The position numbers and the translations under genes are program-made. The notes beneath the pieces are model-generated. The model did not search any database. It was not told the DNA's origin and saw only the letters and a program-made list of their open reading frames with translations. DNA of 63,874 nucleotides, counting the filler, from Bigelowiella natans CCMP2755 (Eukaryota > Protista > Cercozoa): the NCBI GenBank assembly GCA_000320545.1. It is 11 parts of 11 records of this genome, joined end to end, with 100 filler letters (N's around TTAATTAATTAA, not from the genome) between each part and the next. Parts side by side here need not be neighbours in the genome. Positions count along the whole stretch, not along the records: positions 1 to 12,866 come from ADNK01003006.1; positions 12,967 to 15,391 come from ADNK01002856.1; 9 more parts are not named here. One strand, given 5' to 3'. How positions within the stretch are numbered: position 1 is the first letter of the stretch; the number at the start of each line of letters is the position of its first letter. Of the stretch, positions 1-13,299 are shown in pieces.

Positions 1-73
1 TGCGGTGGCTCCATATACGTACGGTGTGTATGTGTGAGTGTGTTTGTGTGTGTGATAATATACACGCGCGTGC

Positions 74-109
<36 letters not shown>

Positions 110-256
110 CCACGCGTCACATGTAGCGCATGTTATGATGGCTATGATCTGTTGTAGAGTGTGAGGCAGCATCCGTTTTTGACCGCAGCATAAGCTTTAG
201 ACCTGCTCGGTTCAAACACCAACACTCTCTTTCATTTATCCCTGACGCTCTAACAG

Positions 257-443
257 AGAAAGTCGCTGGAAGTATCATCGACAACGTCATGGAAGATAAG
301 GCGCTCCAAGGTGACTCCTTCCAATACAACAAAAACCGCGCAAAGATGTGCGGCCTGGTCGTTGCTTTTGTTTCCCCGAATCTGTCAGTTATATGCATTC
401 ATTATCTCTAATGCATGATGCCTGTGTGCGTGCGCGCGCGCGC

Positions 444-480
<37 letters not shown>

Positions 481-891
481 TTTGTGCGCGCGCGCGTGTC
501 TCCTCTCGGCCTACCCAGAGCTCATCATGCCGTATCTTCCGGAGACGATGCGAGATTTGAACAGCCTCGAGACAATGCTCAAGAACCCTACATTTAAGGT
601 GGTAGACACCAAATACGCTACTGAAGATGGCGGTTCAGTGATCTGCGTCCTCTATTTCAATACGACATCTTGAACGAGGCTATTTCCCTTCCTTAAATTG
701 CAACCACGATAGAAGTGAGTGGGTGCAGCTTAGGAGGAGGGCATTTTCGCCACAGCTTCCGATTCTGAGTGCCTATCATCGCCATCATCACTATCATCGT
801 CATCATCATCATCATCATCATCATAGGCGCAATTAGAGAAAGCATTGGCGTCTGGAGGCTTGGCCGAGAAGGCGCAACAAGGCACCAACTT

Positions 892-930
<39 letters not shown>

Positions 931-1467
931 TCATATTTATATATGCACGTAACAATATATTTTTTACATATTGCGCATCTTGACATCTGAATACAATCCA
1001 AAATAGTACTAGCAGTGTGGTATGTCGCGTAAAATAAAATCTGAAATATACACAACGATATGTTTAATATCATATCCGCGCGCGAGCGCGGTGTGAGCGT
1101 TTGCTCCCTTGTCGATTATTCGGCCAAATTAACTCCTTAAAAATACAAAAGGTATGGACATGAAACCGCCAAAAGATCTCACGCCAGAGGAGGTAATAAA
1201 ACGATAAACAAGGACAATGGCGGCGACAACAATGGCAACAATATCGTTCTTCTAAAAGAAAAATGAGATTAAAAATTGAACAAACTCGATGATAATGGTG
1301 ATGATGATGATGGTGATGATGGTGATGGTGATGATGGTGATGATGATGACGATGAGGATGAATGGTACTCAGATAATGGAGAAGCTAATGGAAGATCCCG
1401 AGCTGGCAAAGGCTTTTGAAAATCCAAAGGTGGCGCTTCATTGTATCATGTGGGAGGATATAATATA

Positions 1468-1498
<31 letters not shown>

Positions 1499-1955
1499 TT
1501 ATTGATTGATTGGAACGGGAGATCTGCTGATTTTGATGAGCAGCAGGATAGTCTGTGGTGCGTTGACTTGTCGGTGGTGTGTTCTCAGGTCCGAAAAGCA
1601 ATAATCGACTCTACGACAGATCCAACAAAGTTCGTTGATTACAGGTGCCGCCCCCTTTTTTTTTCCTCCATTCAGAGAGCAAAGTGATAATTCAGTGAAA
1701 ATTCGAAGGGGGGGGGGGGAGGGGGGGAGGGGGGATAAAGGACACGCTGGGGAGCGCAGCTACAGCACTGCCGTCACCTGCAGATGCAGCGTATAAACAC
1801 GCGCACCCGCAAACACACGCATACACGCGCGCGCGCGCCCGCGCAGAATGCCCCTCTCATCAATTGGTTGTTTGCAAAGCAACGACAAGGAGATCATGTC
1901 GGCTCTGACGAGAATCGCCGAGGCCTTTCCGGCCGATAGGCTCACCAAAGCCTGA
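257..1955 (+). CDS. TIC40: Tic40-like chloroplast inner-envelope translocon co-chaperone, C-terminal Sti1/Hop domains (5' part outside the window; multi-exon)
   Basis: Spliced exons (~257-310, 519-598, ~827-881, 1152-1192, ~1373-1429, ~1589-1644, ~1880-1955) read EKVAGSIIDNVMEDKALQELIMPYLPETMRDLNSLETMLKNPTFKAQLEKAL...DLTPEEIMEKLMEDPELAKAFENPKVRKAIIDSTTDPTKFVDYSNDKEIMSALTRIAEAFP*. This matches the remembered Tic40 pattern PYLPEEMRNP...LTPEEVISKIMANPDVAMAFQNPRVQAAI...YQNDKEVM. Confidence 0.88.
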
Positions 1956-2449
1956 TAATTAAATCGATTGGCTGGCCACTCGGTAGGACTTACTTCTCCC
2001 CATGAATTTTCTGCCATCAATTCAGCAGCGTTAGATCACAAATGCGATCTGTAACAGAATACAACGGTTTCAAGAATTCTGTTTCACGTCGGTATCACCA
2101 CGCTGCCCCATGCCAGACGTTATGGCTGCTATGATCGCCGTTGTGAGACTTAAAAATCATGAGTTTTCCCCGCCTAAGCAGGCATGCATGGGCGCTTTTT
2201 GTCATGCTGCAGTAATTAAACGTTGATCTCTCATAGCGATAAAAATGACGTAACAAGCATGTCTTATACCGATGGCTAAGCACGAGTATGCATGTGCAGA
2301 GCGGAAATTCAAATCTTGATGTGGCATGTGAACTAGTGAGGTTGTCTGATTTTGTAACTATGCGCGCCATCGATCAAGGCCACAAGCTAGTAGGCCAAAG
2401 GCAAACAATAATAATTACATTACGTTGTTTACAATAATAACACTGGGTT

Positions 2450-3640
2450 TTGCATTATACAGAACAATCTAGCAATGATGTGCCTTGCAAGCGCGTAGCT
2501 AGCTGAGCTATTTGCTGCTCAGTGTTTGCCGCGCCACAGTCGATCAAGTGAAGGAAGTTTGCAAGCAGGTTGCAAAATCGTAGCACAGCTAGACAGCCCA
2601 ACTAGCCAGCACACTCTGCGCTCTAGCGCGCCAGCTAGCAAGTGCGCTACGTCCTTTCTCATCACGATCAATCTAGCAAGCTAGCAAGCACTAGCTAGCA
2701 ATGCATCGTCGCATTCACTACTAGACTAGTTCATTGCACTTTTGCCACATGACGGTAATAAATTAGGGATGTGCACAATGGACACAATGTGTCACATGTC
2801 TAGATGTGTCTACACATGGTCTCTAGGTCTATGCTAGATGGTGCATAGCTTGTTAGCTGGGCACTTCTAGACTTGCTAGCTTGTGGTTCTGTAGCGCTAG
2901 AGCGTCTTGCGTGCAGCGCGCTAGCGTGCCATCTGTGCTCACTAGCTAGCTAGCTTGTTACATCTAGAGCTAGTCAATGCTACATGTAGTTGCTCGACAT
3001 CTGCAATGCGCTGTTGTCGCGAAGACTAGTGTAGATCTAGAGATGACAAGATGATGTGCTAGCTAGCTAGCTAGTGTGGCAACGCATGCACTCTAGCACC
3101 ACATCTAGACATGCTAGCATGTCTAGCTCTAGTAGCTGCGTTGATTACATGTCGCATGCGCTATCTAGCTACCAGCACTACTCTATCTAGCTGCTAGACT
3201 ACTACTAGACTAGACTAGTTCATCTTGTCATCACTAGCATATTAGTGCTAGTTAGCTAGACGTGCTAGTATGCTAGCATGCCTCTAGGCCTAGATGTGGC
3301 ACATCAAGACATCTTAGCATCTCTAGATCTAGACATACTAGCATGCCGTTTTGCATGCACAGCTCTAGAGCTAGTCTAGACAGTGCACATGCTAGCATGT
3401 TCTCACGCAGAGCTAGCTAGCGAGAGCGCATGTCTTCGATCATGTGTGCGCTATACGCAAAAGCTAGTAGATTTGACATGACTAGATGATCGAATGTGAG
3501 CAATGTGAATGCCCTCTGCTAGTCTGAGATGCGCACTCATGCAGATCATCATCGGATCGCGCCGCCATCGATTATGTGACCATGCTAGAGCTAGCTCAGC
3601 ATTCACACATCTTCTAGTGCATGCAGCAACGTTGTGGAGG
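2450..3640. repeat. Palindrome-rich intergenic tract (CTAG, GCTAGC, TCTAGA, CATG, AGCT)
   Basis: Dense non-periodic self-complementary 4-6-mers. No ORF of 60 aa or more between 2370 and 3614. Similar tracts recur in other intergenic gaps. Confidence 0.85.
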
Positions 3641-3725
3641 AGCTGCGCAAGCTAGGACTTCCTCAGCGAGATCGAGCCTCTTTTGAGGCAACAAATATCT
3701 GCACTTTCCCATAGATAAAGAAGCA

Positions 3726-4548
3726 CTAGAGCACAATGCTAGATTGCGCTGAGAAAATAACTGAAACCATTGTACACTTGCCATGGGAACAGGCTCCTTT
3801 CGCACAGTGCAACGCTAACATGCTCATGTCAACCTCTTGTTTCCTTCCTACTCGCCCTTTTCCCTCGTTGCTTGGTATCGAGCTTTGCAACCACTGTGGG
3901 ATCCAGCCCTCGACTTTGCGCCATTTCAAACGCAAGAACGCCTGCACACAATCACATCGCATCATTGTGATAATGTAGTAATACACGTTATCATTATCAT
4001 CAGCGTACTCATTTGCTCGGCGGAAGGAAAACATGCACACATAACGCAAATCGAAGGCGCGCAATAGGACCGGATGGAAATTCCTGATAGTTGAGCGTTG
4101 TAGGAATCCTCGTTGACGCACCAGCTGTTACCCCAACAACAAGAATACTTATTTTTGCCTAGAATTTTCTCTGACCGTCCCTTCACTCGCACAGCCGCCG
4201 CTCAGAATATCAGTAGCGCGGTCGCATGCTGTTGAAATCCGTTGCTTCTTTTCTATCGCCGTCACCTTTCAATAGCGCTCTTATGCAGCTCTCCCGTTTG
4301 CGCTTTGGACCCTTGTACCTTGAATATGCACCATCGGCACCTGTCGATGAGCGGGGACGTAGCAATTTATCTCCTCAATCCCCACTTACCCAACACAGCT
4401 ATGCTGAATGGCCGTAAGTCCGAAGTTACATTGTAGATCAATATCCGCCTGTGCGTAATTAAAGGCGCTTGAGGTGACTGTGTTGATGAGGATAAACACA
4501 TTGTAAGCAACTAATCCAACATGTGTACACACACACACACACACATAT

Positions 4549-4584
<36 letters not shown>

Positions 4585-4738
4585 ATCATATGTTTACTTT
4601 CAACTTAATGAGCATCTTCACAACTTTGGTGAAACCAAATCCCGAGGCGTTCATTAGCGCCGTCTTACCGCCCACACCGCGCACATTCAGATCGGCCTAT
4701 TGGCGTCAGCATTCAAGGCGATTTCATTCCTTTTCGCA

Positions 4739-4785
<47 letters not shown>

Positions 4786-5212
4786 CATAGAAGCAAACTA
4801 ACCTTAGCTTCAGCGAGGGAGCGGATTACATTTTCAAATGCCGTGGTAGGTTTTGAGTACATGTACAAGCACAGAGAGGCCCTCTCTACGGCTTTCCCCA
4901 ACCCCTGAAGAAACAATCCTAGCATATCATCACGAGATCCTCGATTCGTATTCGTCGCGCTAGAAAAATACTTGGAAAAGAAAAACAATTTCAGAGATGT
5001 GTATTCTGGCCCTTTTTTGTCGTATGGTTGCGTCGTCGCAAAAACGAGCTTTTGACAGGTCGAACGTAAAATGGCGCGCCAGCAGAGAACGTGCCTGGCA
5101 AGAGGAGGCTGCTTTTGAATCAAGGAGGCATTTGACAATATCTAATTCCAAACAGTCAAAAACAGTCGGAAAATTAGGGTAGAGGCCTCATTGATAGCAC
5201 ATCTCTATCTCT

Positions 5213-5258
<46 letters not shown>

Positions 5259-6208
5259 GCGCGCGCGCACACACACACACACACGCGCGCGCACACCTCC
5301 GTTTCCAGCAAAAGCGGCGGACTCAAGCGGGCCGCCATCTGAGGAATGCAATATTGCTCGGAGAAATGTTTACTTGTGAGTTCTGCTCCAAAAGACGGAA
5401 AACGGGGAGAATAAAATTGACATAACTAACCACAATAACTCGGATCGAATCCAGCTTCGAGGAGAGCTGAGACAACACCTTCGGTATTTTTGATGGGCTT
5501 TCCGTGGGCGATCTACAAATGTACTCAAATTAGCATAGAATGATGGCAAATCATTAGAAATATTGAAAATCTGAATCTGATGTAATCTATTTAAACCAGT
5601 GGAGCCTGCCTCACAGCTAGTTCAACGAGTCTAGACACGTTATTCTGGTGTTCTATTGTCGCAAAATTGCGAATCTTATTCGCGTCTTCTTTGGGCAGCC
5701 TGCTGAGCTTCTGAAGCGATGATTTGAGACTTCTCAGGTCCTACACATTTTTGGATAAGAATCGTACATTGCAATCAGATATACCTCACTACAAGTAGAA
5801 TGACAAATCTCCTTAGTAAAAATCGCTACCCCTCCCTCCGTGATAGCTCACAGCCTCACATACTTTCGAGAGAACAGAGGTATACAGATCATTCATCAGC
5901 TCTTTCATTTCAGGCGTCTCCTGGATCTTGACGTAAGATTTCCGTGTGGTGGATGGAAGAGAAGAGGATTCTTGCCTCGCTGAGGTCGAAGAGGGCTCGG
6001 AAACCGTTCGAGGCCTTTTCACCTGTTTCTGTACCGAATCATGTGCACTCTTGTTGATGCTGCCGCTTGCTAGTTCACGTCTTTTCTTCTTTGGCGGAGC
6101 AGGGCTGCTCAAAAGGATGTCAATTGCAACTTGTAAGTTCCCGTTTGAAGCAGCCAGCGCGAGCTTTGCTTGCTCTTGAGAAAACCCCATTGAAAGGAGA
6201 GACTCCAT
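3726..6208 (-). CDS. UBA-domain protein, multi-exon; 3' extent uncertain
   Basis: N-terminus MESLLSMGFSQEQAKLALAASNGNLQVAIDILLS is a typical UBA domain (MGF motif). Following GT-AG exons read DLRSLKSLQKLSRLPKEDANKIRNF and IAHGKPIKNTEGVVSALLEAGFDP. Exons below ~4800 are tentative. Confidence 0.7.
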
Positions 6209-6938
6209 GGGGGTGAGGAAGGGCTTCTGGTTCTGAGAATATTTCCTGTTTTTTCCTCTTCGATTATTTCCATTACGACAACATGTATTGGATGTCGCAG
6301 GACTACATTGCAGACATGTTTGATGCAGCTACCACCATCTTCTGCACAGGATGCTCATGACAGGTTGTTGCAAGAAGAAGTTACTGGGAAAAACCTATTT
6401 GATTTTCGTCCTGCGACTACGACAAGTCTCTGTCGCTCATTGACTCAAAATTCAACATCTGCGTGCACATGGGAGGCGTGTTCATTTGCACAGCGATTGT
6501 GTGTTTCATGCATGTGAAAGCATCACTAGAATCTTACTAGCTTTCATGTTGCATGTAGCACATCAACACAGTCGTGCTGAGTGCATGTTCATTCAGCGTT
6601 GTTGCACGTGGATCGAGTGTTGCTGCGCGCCGAGATCAGCTGCGACGCACATGACTTGCCAGCTTGCATGAATGCCCTCTTTTTGAGCAAGCAGTCGATT
6701 CATCGAACCAGTGCTGATGAATGTATGTCTAGAGGCGTCAAGCAAGACAGCACTTTGATGCATGTGCATGGTATGAATTGTTTACTTGATGGTAACTAAT
6801 AGTGATTAAGAGATCGTCATTTAGATCAGTCTAATTTAATCAATGACTTGCAATTAACAAGGCAACCTGATGCATTGCCTCATTGTACGCAGAGAGATTT
6901 CACCAAACTATCCACATACCTCCAGCAATCGTTCGTGA

Positions 6939-7773
6939 CTAAGCGAATTGCCGTGTCCCATTCGCGGTTTGCCTAGAAGAAATACACGATCGACAATGAA
7001 TGAATGTACTCTTCGCCAAATGTTCTTCATCAATGGCATGCTTGCTTGACTTTCCCATCAATACCCGTACCTTTGAAACAGAAGTTGAAGCGTGCAATGC
7101 TGTCGTCACGCATTGGAGTGTCCCGAAGGGAGGGGGACATGTGTATGTGCGGAGAAAAGATGAAGGATCGTTCTCGCTCTTGCTACTATCGCCATCTCGT
7201 ACGGCTGCTATCTTCATGGACGGTACCGAGCGTATGCGCCCTGCAGTGTTAAAACACACGAAGAACAGCTCATTACATATTTGTATGGCATAAAATAATT
7301 ATCATATCACTCCGCAATTGCCGTCAGGACTGAAGTTCAGTATCTACCAAATTCTCCCCGACTCCTACTATCTGGCACGTACCATCGATTGGCTGGCCAA
7401 AAACCATTGGGACAACATCTGAAGGTGCCGTTTTTGCGGGGAGGAAATCGTGCTGCCTCACAAAATGCAAGCGATTCACAGATGAATAAGCGATGAAGCT
7501 CAGATGGAATTCAGTGTGGATGTTGGACCCATTTTCAGAACAACGACAGCTAACACCACAATTAAAAAAAACAGCCAAAAAAACAGCCCTCGCTATTTTC
7601 CCCTGTACTCTAAATATCCCTCTTAACCAGTGTGCAATCGCCCGTTTCCACATTTCGAAGCCATACTGCACGATGGACACTAATAGCAGTCGAGATAGCA
7701 ACATAACAGTTGGTTATAATTGTGAGTGGAACTGTTGATTGTTCTGAAATGTTTTATTCCCACCAGCTCCTCT

Positions 7774-7814
<41 letters not shown>

Positions 7815-8041
7815 TATAATATCGAACCGCAGCCAATCCGGGCCTGATTTGGATAATGTATGAACAATAACACACAACTCGTGAATTCCGACAGACAAAC
7901 TAGTATTTTCATTAAGTGCATCAGATATGTTATAGTTTCAACTCACCGCCGATAAGAGGATGATATCCCACCCACACTTCAATTGCCTAGATGATGGAAT
8001 ATCAGTATTCACATGCATCTACGTTTTAACTGCGCTCTCTG

Positions 8042-8083
<42 letters not shown>

Positions 8084-9470
8084 TCTCTGTGTGTGTGTCT
8101 GTCTCTCTATCTCACGTACACACATGCACAAACGCGCCCACGCGATACGCGTGTATACATACAAACACGCACACTCAATATAAACTGTATCCGGCCCTTA
8201 CCTCCGTCCCATCTGCTGTTATCTCAGCGTAATTCCCAACTTCAGACTAATCCAGTATGGTGTAGGTAATCACATACACGCGAATATAGCCCGATGAAAT
8301 GTACGAAGTGAACCTACCTGCTGGGATTGTGCAGTGACTATATTCGTTCGTGGAAATGCCTGAAAACGAGACGACTTATTTCGAATAGAAAACAACGTGT
8401 TTGCATCTTGGGAGCTGTACCGATAGCTTGGCAAACGAATGCTGAGTGATGCTCCTCCGAAACGCCACTGTGCTCGTAGATAGGATCGACCCACGCGCTC
8501 TTGAGAATACATCGATGGTCTGCGCTCTACCCCAGACCCACAGTGAAAGGAGATGCAGGGCCAGGGCGAGGCGGCTTACCACCATGAACGGCTGTGTGGA
8601 TATTGAACGACGAGTTTTTTTTACTATAGGAGTATTCAAAAGATTTTTCGACCCTATTTTCCTTCCAGAATTTTATGGAAAAATTTTAAAAACCCCTGCA
8701 TTTTCGGACATACATCTGTCTACATGCTTGACGAAGATCCTACATAACCGTCTTTCAGAGTCTTTTTGATCGAGCAACTAATTTCAAACTGGATGTTCTC
8801 CTGAGTCCTCGGTACCTGAGGGACACATCAGTCCCTTTCATCCTTGCGACACCTGGATTTTCTTGTCGCTACCTCATCGATTCGACTTCGGCTGTCTTTA
8901 TCTTCTCCAAAAAAATATCATCCCCAAAATGATTCTGAAAATGGATATTTCCCATGCAGCATCATAGAAACGCACTGGATATTTCGTCCTCGTGCATCGA
9001 AGTTTCTGCGTATCTGTCTTACGTTTGCTTCCGTTGCAAACACTCTGACAGTGTTTGCTTCTTGTGACGGGATTTTCATTAAAAACTAGCATTTTACTCA
9101 GTCTCTTCACAGGAATCGCCTTCTCCTTTACTATTTCTTGAACAAACATCCCTCGACAAATATCGGTCTGAAAACAAAACACGTACCTAACACACGATGC
9201 ATGGCAATCCGTACCCGAAAATGTCTTCAGAGCCCTTCGCCGGACCCTCGGTACCACCACAGTAGATATGTGTAAGGGGAGAGAAGAAAAGATATTGCGT
9301 GTTGCGAAGTCTGGGCTAGAATCGATTTGTACACTTTCGGAGAGAAGGGATTGTGTCAGGCGACTGCCCCACGCTGTAAGAGCATCAGAAGTTGCTTACT
9401 TGGCCAGGCCAATCATTTGCCATAGCGCAACATCAAGTATCCACTATACCTTTCCCATGAATTTATTTTC
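6939..9470 (-). CDS. Probable multi-exon gene of unknown function
   Basis: Complex non-repetitive sequence with minus-strand open segments bounded by GT/AG (for example 6939-7250 and 7377-7600). No recognisable motif; boundaries approximate. Confidence 0.35.
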
Positions 9471-9830
9471 TTAGAACAACTGGCCGCTTACGAACAAAAC
9501 ACGCCAGTTGTATTATGTAAATCAATTAGGGAGAAGTGTCAGCTGCGATGAAGGCTGATCATAAAGACTTCAAAAAGGTAATCGTCACGTGTGAAGAATA
9601 AGGAAGCATGCCCTAGACTAACGAAAGACACATATGGGGAGGCTACTAGAGAAACAAGTTTAAAATGACTTAATTGAGTTGAGAGGGGCATCAGCTTCCT
9701 ACCGCCTACGACTGTAAACATGATGAAGTGACAGATTTCCAAGGGGGTGATCACGCATGTATGTTTTCACGCATACAACAAACGCGAGTTTGCTAAATAT
9801 CAATTGTTGCCCCCCCCCCCACCGCAGACA

Positions 9831-10232
9831 ATGACGGCAATCGATCAGCTCAAGACCTTTTACATGGAGAAGGTGCTGCCGCTCGAGAAAAAGTACTGGT
9901 TTGGAAGCTTCCATACCGTAAACACACTCACTGATGCCTACTTCGACTCCTTACCGATGGTGCTACTCCTCGGCCAGGTAGCAGCAAGGAAAAACCAACA
10001 GCCATTTCATAGCAAATACATGTAGCTCTTAATACGCATTCGAGTTGCAGAGAAGCAGAACTTCCTATGATGTGCGGTGGTAGTGCCTTCGACGATCACA
10101 ATATTCCGATGAGATCCCATGCTATTTTTCAGTATTCGGTTGGGAAAACGTTTTTTATACGATATTTTTTCGAGCGCGATCATCCGGGGTATGTTGACAA
10201 ATCACATTTACATTCTCTCTTTCTCTTTCTGC

Positions 10233-10277
<45 letters not shown>

Positions 10278-10608
10278 CATTATTATAAACGTTTATACTT
10301 GTGAATCTATGGGAAGGGGCGGGATGGCTGATTTATTCAGTACACTCGAGATCTTGTGTTATTACGCGACAAACTAGGAGCTGCTCCTTTACTATCATCC
10401 ATCGACATCGTCCGTCCTTCGGTGGTGACTTTAGAAGTTGAACGATTCATTGTCTTTCAGGCTGCGTGTTGGGCCAGAGCCGACTACTGACCGTTTCGTT
10501 GCTGTCATGCATGGAAAAGATGATAGAACTATTCCTGGTAACGTTGTTCTTACTTTCTTCTCCCAACCCCTCTCATAATACGTGTATGCACATGTTATAC
10601 ATACGTGG

Positions 10609-10641
<33 letters not shown>

Positions 10642-10759
10642 CATCTGCACTGTGTGCGCTTTGATTCTCTAGGTAATGCTGCCGTCATAGCTGCAGATAA
10701 GCCCTTCCGAGGTTGGTATTTTAAAAACATTCTAACGCTAAAATTTCGCCAGTGTAAAC

Positions 10760-10792
<33 letters not shown>

Positions 10793-12313
10793 AGCGTGCA
10801 CAAGATAACAACCCATCCGCTCTCAATAAATCATCGTCTCTCCTTCCAAATGATACCAAGACAAATAACAACGCCCTAGCATCATCGCCCATGGGTTTTC
10901 GAAAATATGTGCTGAGTATTGGTTCTATCATGTCGCGTCTTGTGTTTCGCCGCTATATTCGTTCCAAAGGCCTCGAGAAGTACGGCCTTGACTTTTTGAA
11001 CAAATTCGAATGCTGCGAAACGGATTGTGAGATTCTCAAGGTGAAGTTTAGTAGAAGGAAAAATAAGAAATAACGCCAGAGAAAAATGAGAATGCTTCTG
11101 ATGCTGATAGAGCTAACCCCCCCCCCCCTCCCCCCTCCCCCTTCCCCACATTGCAGAAAATAAGTCTCATAGATACGCCTGGTGTGCTAGCTGGGGCGAA
11201 GCAAGTGTAAAATAAATACCATCACCGTCATTTTTACAATGTTTCTTGCATTCGCCATCGAGACTCATTCAAAGAGAACAAGCGGCCATTCATTATACAC
11301 GCATCTGCAGCAAGAAACGAGATCAATGCATTTTCGCCCCATCAGTCCCCTAAATTCTATCGTAGCTGCTATTCCGAGCTCACACATACATCGTTTATTC
11401 AGGAAGAACCGAGGCTACGACATGTCGAGCATCACAGAATGGTTTGCAGACCGATGCGACAGGCAAGGGCGACCTAACACGCACCTCACATCGTTAGTGT
11501 CGCAGTATGTATGCGCTCTCATTCTAGACAATGCCCCGACCGCAGCATGTGCTGAGTTGCGTCATTGTTACCGTTTTTGTGCGTATGGTATCGTTGGGGT
11601 GATGGACCAATGGCATGCTCGCTGACAGGATTCTGGTTCTCTTCGACGCGCACAAGCTCGACATTTCCGATGAGATGAAGTACGGCATATGACCACAGAT
11701 AGCTGCTGCCTAGATTGCTTCGCGAGCCTGTTCCAAACAATTCTTACAAATCTAGTTTCGAGAAACTATAGGGTGTAGAGTATCACATTTCGAATTCAAA
11801 TGAAAGGGCAAATCATTTCCTGCGTTATGCTTCTTCGCAGGGGAGTAATGTCAGCTTTGAAGGGCCACCACAATAAGGTCAGGAGCACTCACCACGGCAG
11901 GATGTAAGAGGGAACCGTGATCGTCGCACCAGCAGCAGCACGCCTTGATACCAACAGCATCATGCCACCATTTCTACCGAATGCATTTGGGGGCAAACTG
12001 GAGTTTGCACAAGCAACAACCAAAGTCTACCCCGCGACATCTGCGGCCAACATGCCCCCCCCCCCCTTCCCCTCCACCCGCACTTACTCACGACGACGAG
12101 TGTTGATGGTGCAGGTTCGAATCGTCTTGAACAAAGCTGACACGATAACCTCGAAGCAGCTCATGCGTGTCTACGGGGCGCTCATGTGGAGGTCATAAAC
12201 CGAGGATATGCGTGCGTACGCTCTTGTTGTTCGAAATTCTTGCCTGCGATACGAATATTGTACGGATGATGTTCGCGGAAACATACGCATGATCCAGAAA
12301 CGTTCACAATGAC

Positions 12314-12391
<78 letters not shown>

Positions 12392-12699
12392 CATATGAAG
12401 AGAGGGCAGCCCCTCCTCGAAACGATATTTCCTTTCTCACGGCCTCTTTTGCTACGTTATGCCCACTGCTTCGCAGCCTGGGGCGTGTGATTGATTCTCC
12501 AGAGAGCTTGCGCGTTTATGTTGGCACCTTCTGGGAGAGACCAATGCAGGTTCTGCCGCAGCAGCCGGAGCAGCGCCGTGAGAGTGGAAGTAAGGCATGT
12601 GTAAAAGGCACTCATTTGTTCCGTTGATGCGCTTATTCAGAAGAGGCAATTCTCTGAGTTCATGGCTGAGGAGCGACTCGATCTTCTCGAGGAGATTCG
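9831..12699 (+). CDS. EHD1: EH-domain-containing protein (EHD/RME-1 family dynamin-like ATPase), 3' end lost at contig gap
   Basis: Exons give PMVLLLGQYSVGKT (P-loop), GPEPTTDRF, IPGNAAV, FLNKFEC, IDTPGVL, RGYD...WFADRCDRILVLFDAHKLDISDE, RIVLNKAD, QLMRVYGALMWSLG and RVYVGTFW, all EHD signatures. One more upstream exon is possible. Confidence 0.95.
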
Positions 12700-12866
12700 G
12701 TAAGATAGCTCTGGTTGCCTATTTACTCTAGTGAATTTGGGGGGGGGGGGGGGGTGGGAGATATCCTCCCAAATACAGGAGGTTGCTTACCCTGACCACA
12801 ACCGAGGTGGTGGGCCTGCAAGCTGGGCCCCACCCCGCCTCCGTGGGGGGGAAGGCGGCTGTGATC

Positions 12867-12966
12867 NNNNNNNNNNNNNNNNNNNNNNNNNNNNNNNNNN
12901 NNNNNNNNNNTTAATTAATTAANNNNNNNNNNNNNNNNNNNNNNNNNNNNNNNNNNNNNNNNNNNN
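12867..12966. other. Artificial contig linker (44 N + TTAATTAATTAA + 44 N); also at 15392-15491, 19109-19208, 21183-21282, 24553-24652, 26862-26961, 55410-55509, 58204-58303, 60716-60815, 62385-62484
   Basis: The same 100-bp structure occurs ten times, and the 12-mer places stop codons in all six frames. Confidence 0.98.
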
Positions 12967-13299
12967 AAAGTTAATAAAAAGCTAGAGTACCTCCCGGGGA
13001 AAGCCCCCCTGATACTTAAAAAAAAAAAGGAGGGGGGGGGTGTACTTCCATAAAAAAAGATTGGGGGAGGTTTCTAAAAAACATCCCCGTGTCTAAAAAA
13101 TTATAGGGGTTGTTTTTTTTTCCGAGCGGTGGTAACTTTGGGCCCCCCCTCGAAAACCCCCCCCCCCCCCCCCCCCCCCCCCAAGGGGTTAAAAATTCCC
13201 CCCCCCCCCCACCAAGCCCCCCCTTGGGCCCCCCCGCCCCCCCCCCCCCCCCCCCCCAAGAAGGGGGAAGAAGAAGTTCCTTCCCCCCCCCCACCGCAG

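Noticed and set aside
348-1073. ORFs with CVCVCV, YIYIYI, poly-M/I/H runs, here and throughout
   Set aside because: They are translations of intronic microsatellites.
12911-12922. Recurring TTAATTAATTAA between N-runs as a biological repeat or CRISPR-like array
   Set aside because: It is an identical synthetic six-frame-stop linker centred in each 100-bp gap, so an assembly artefact.
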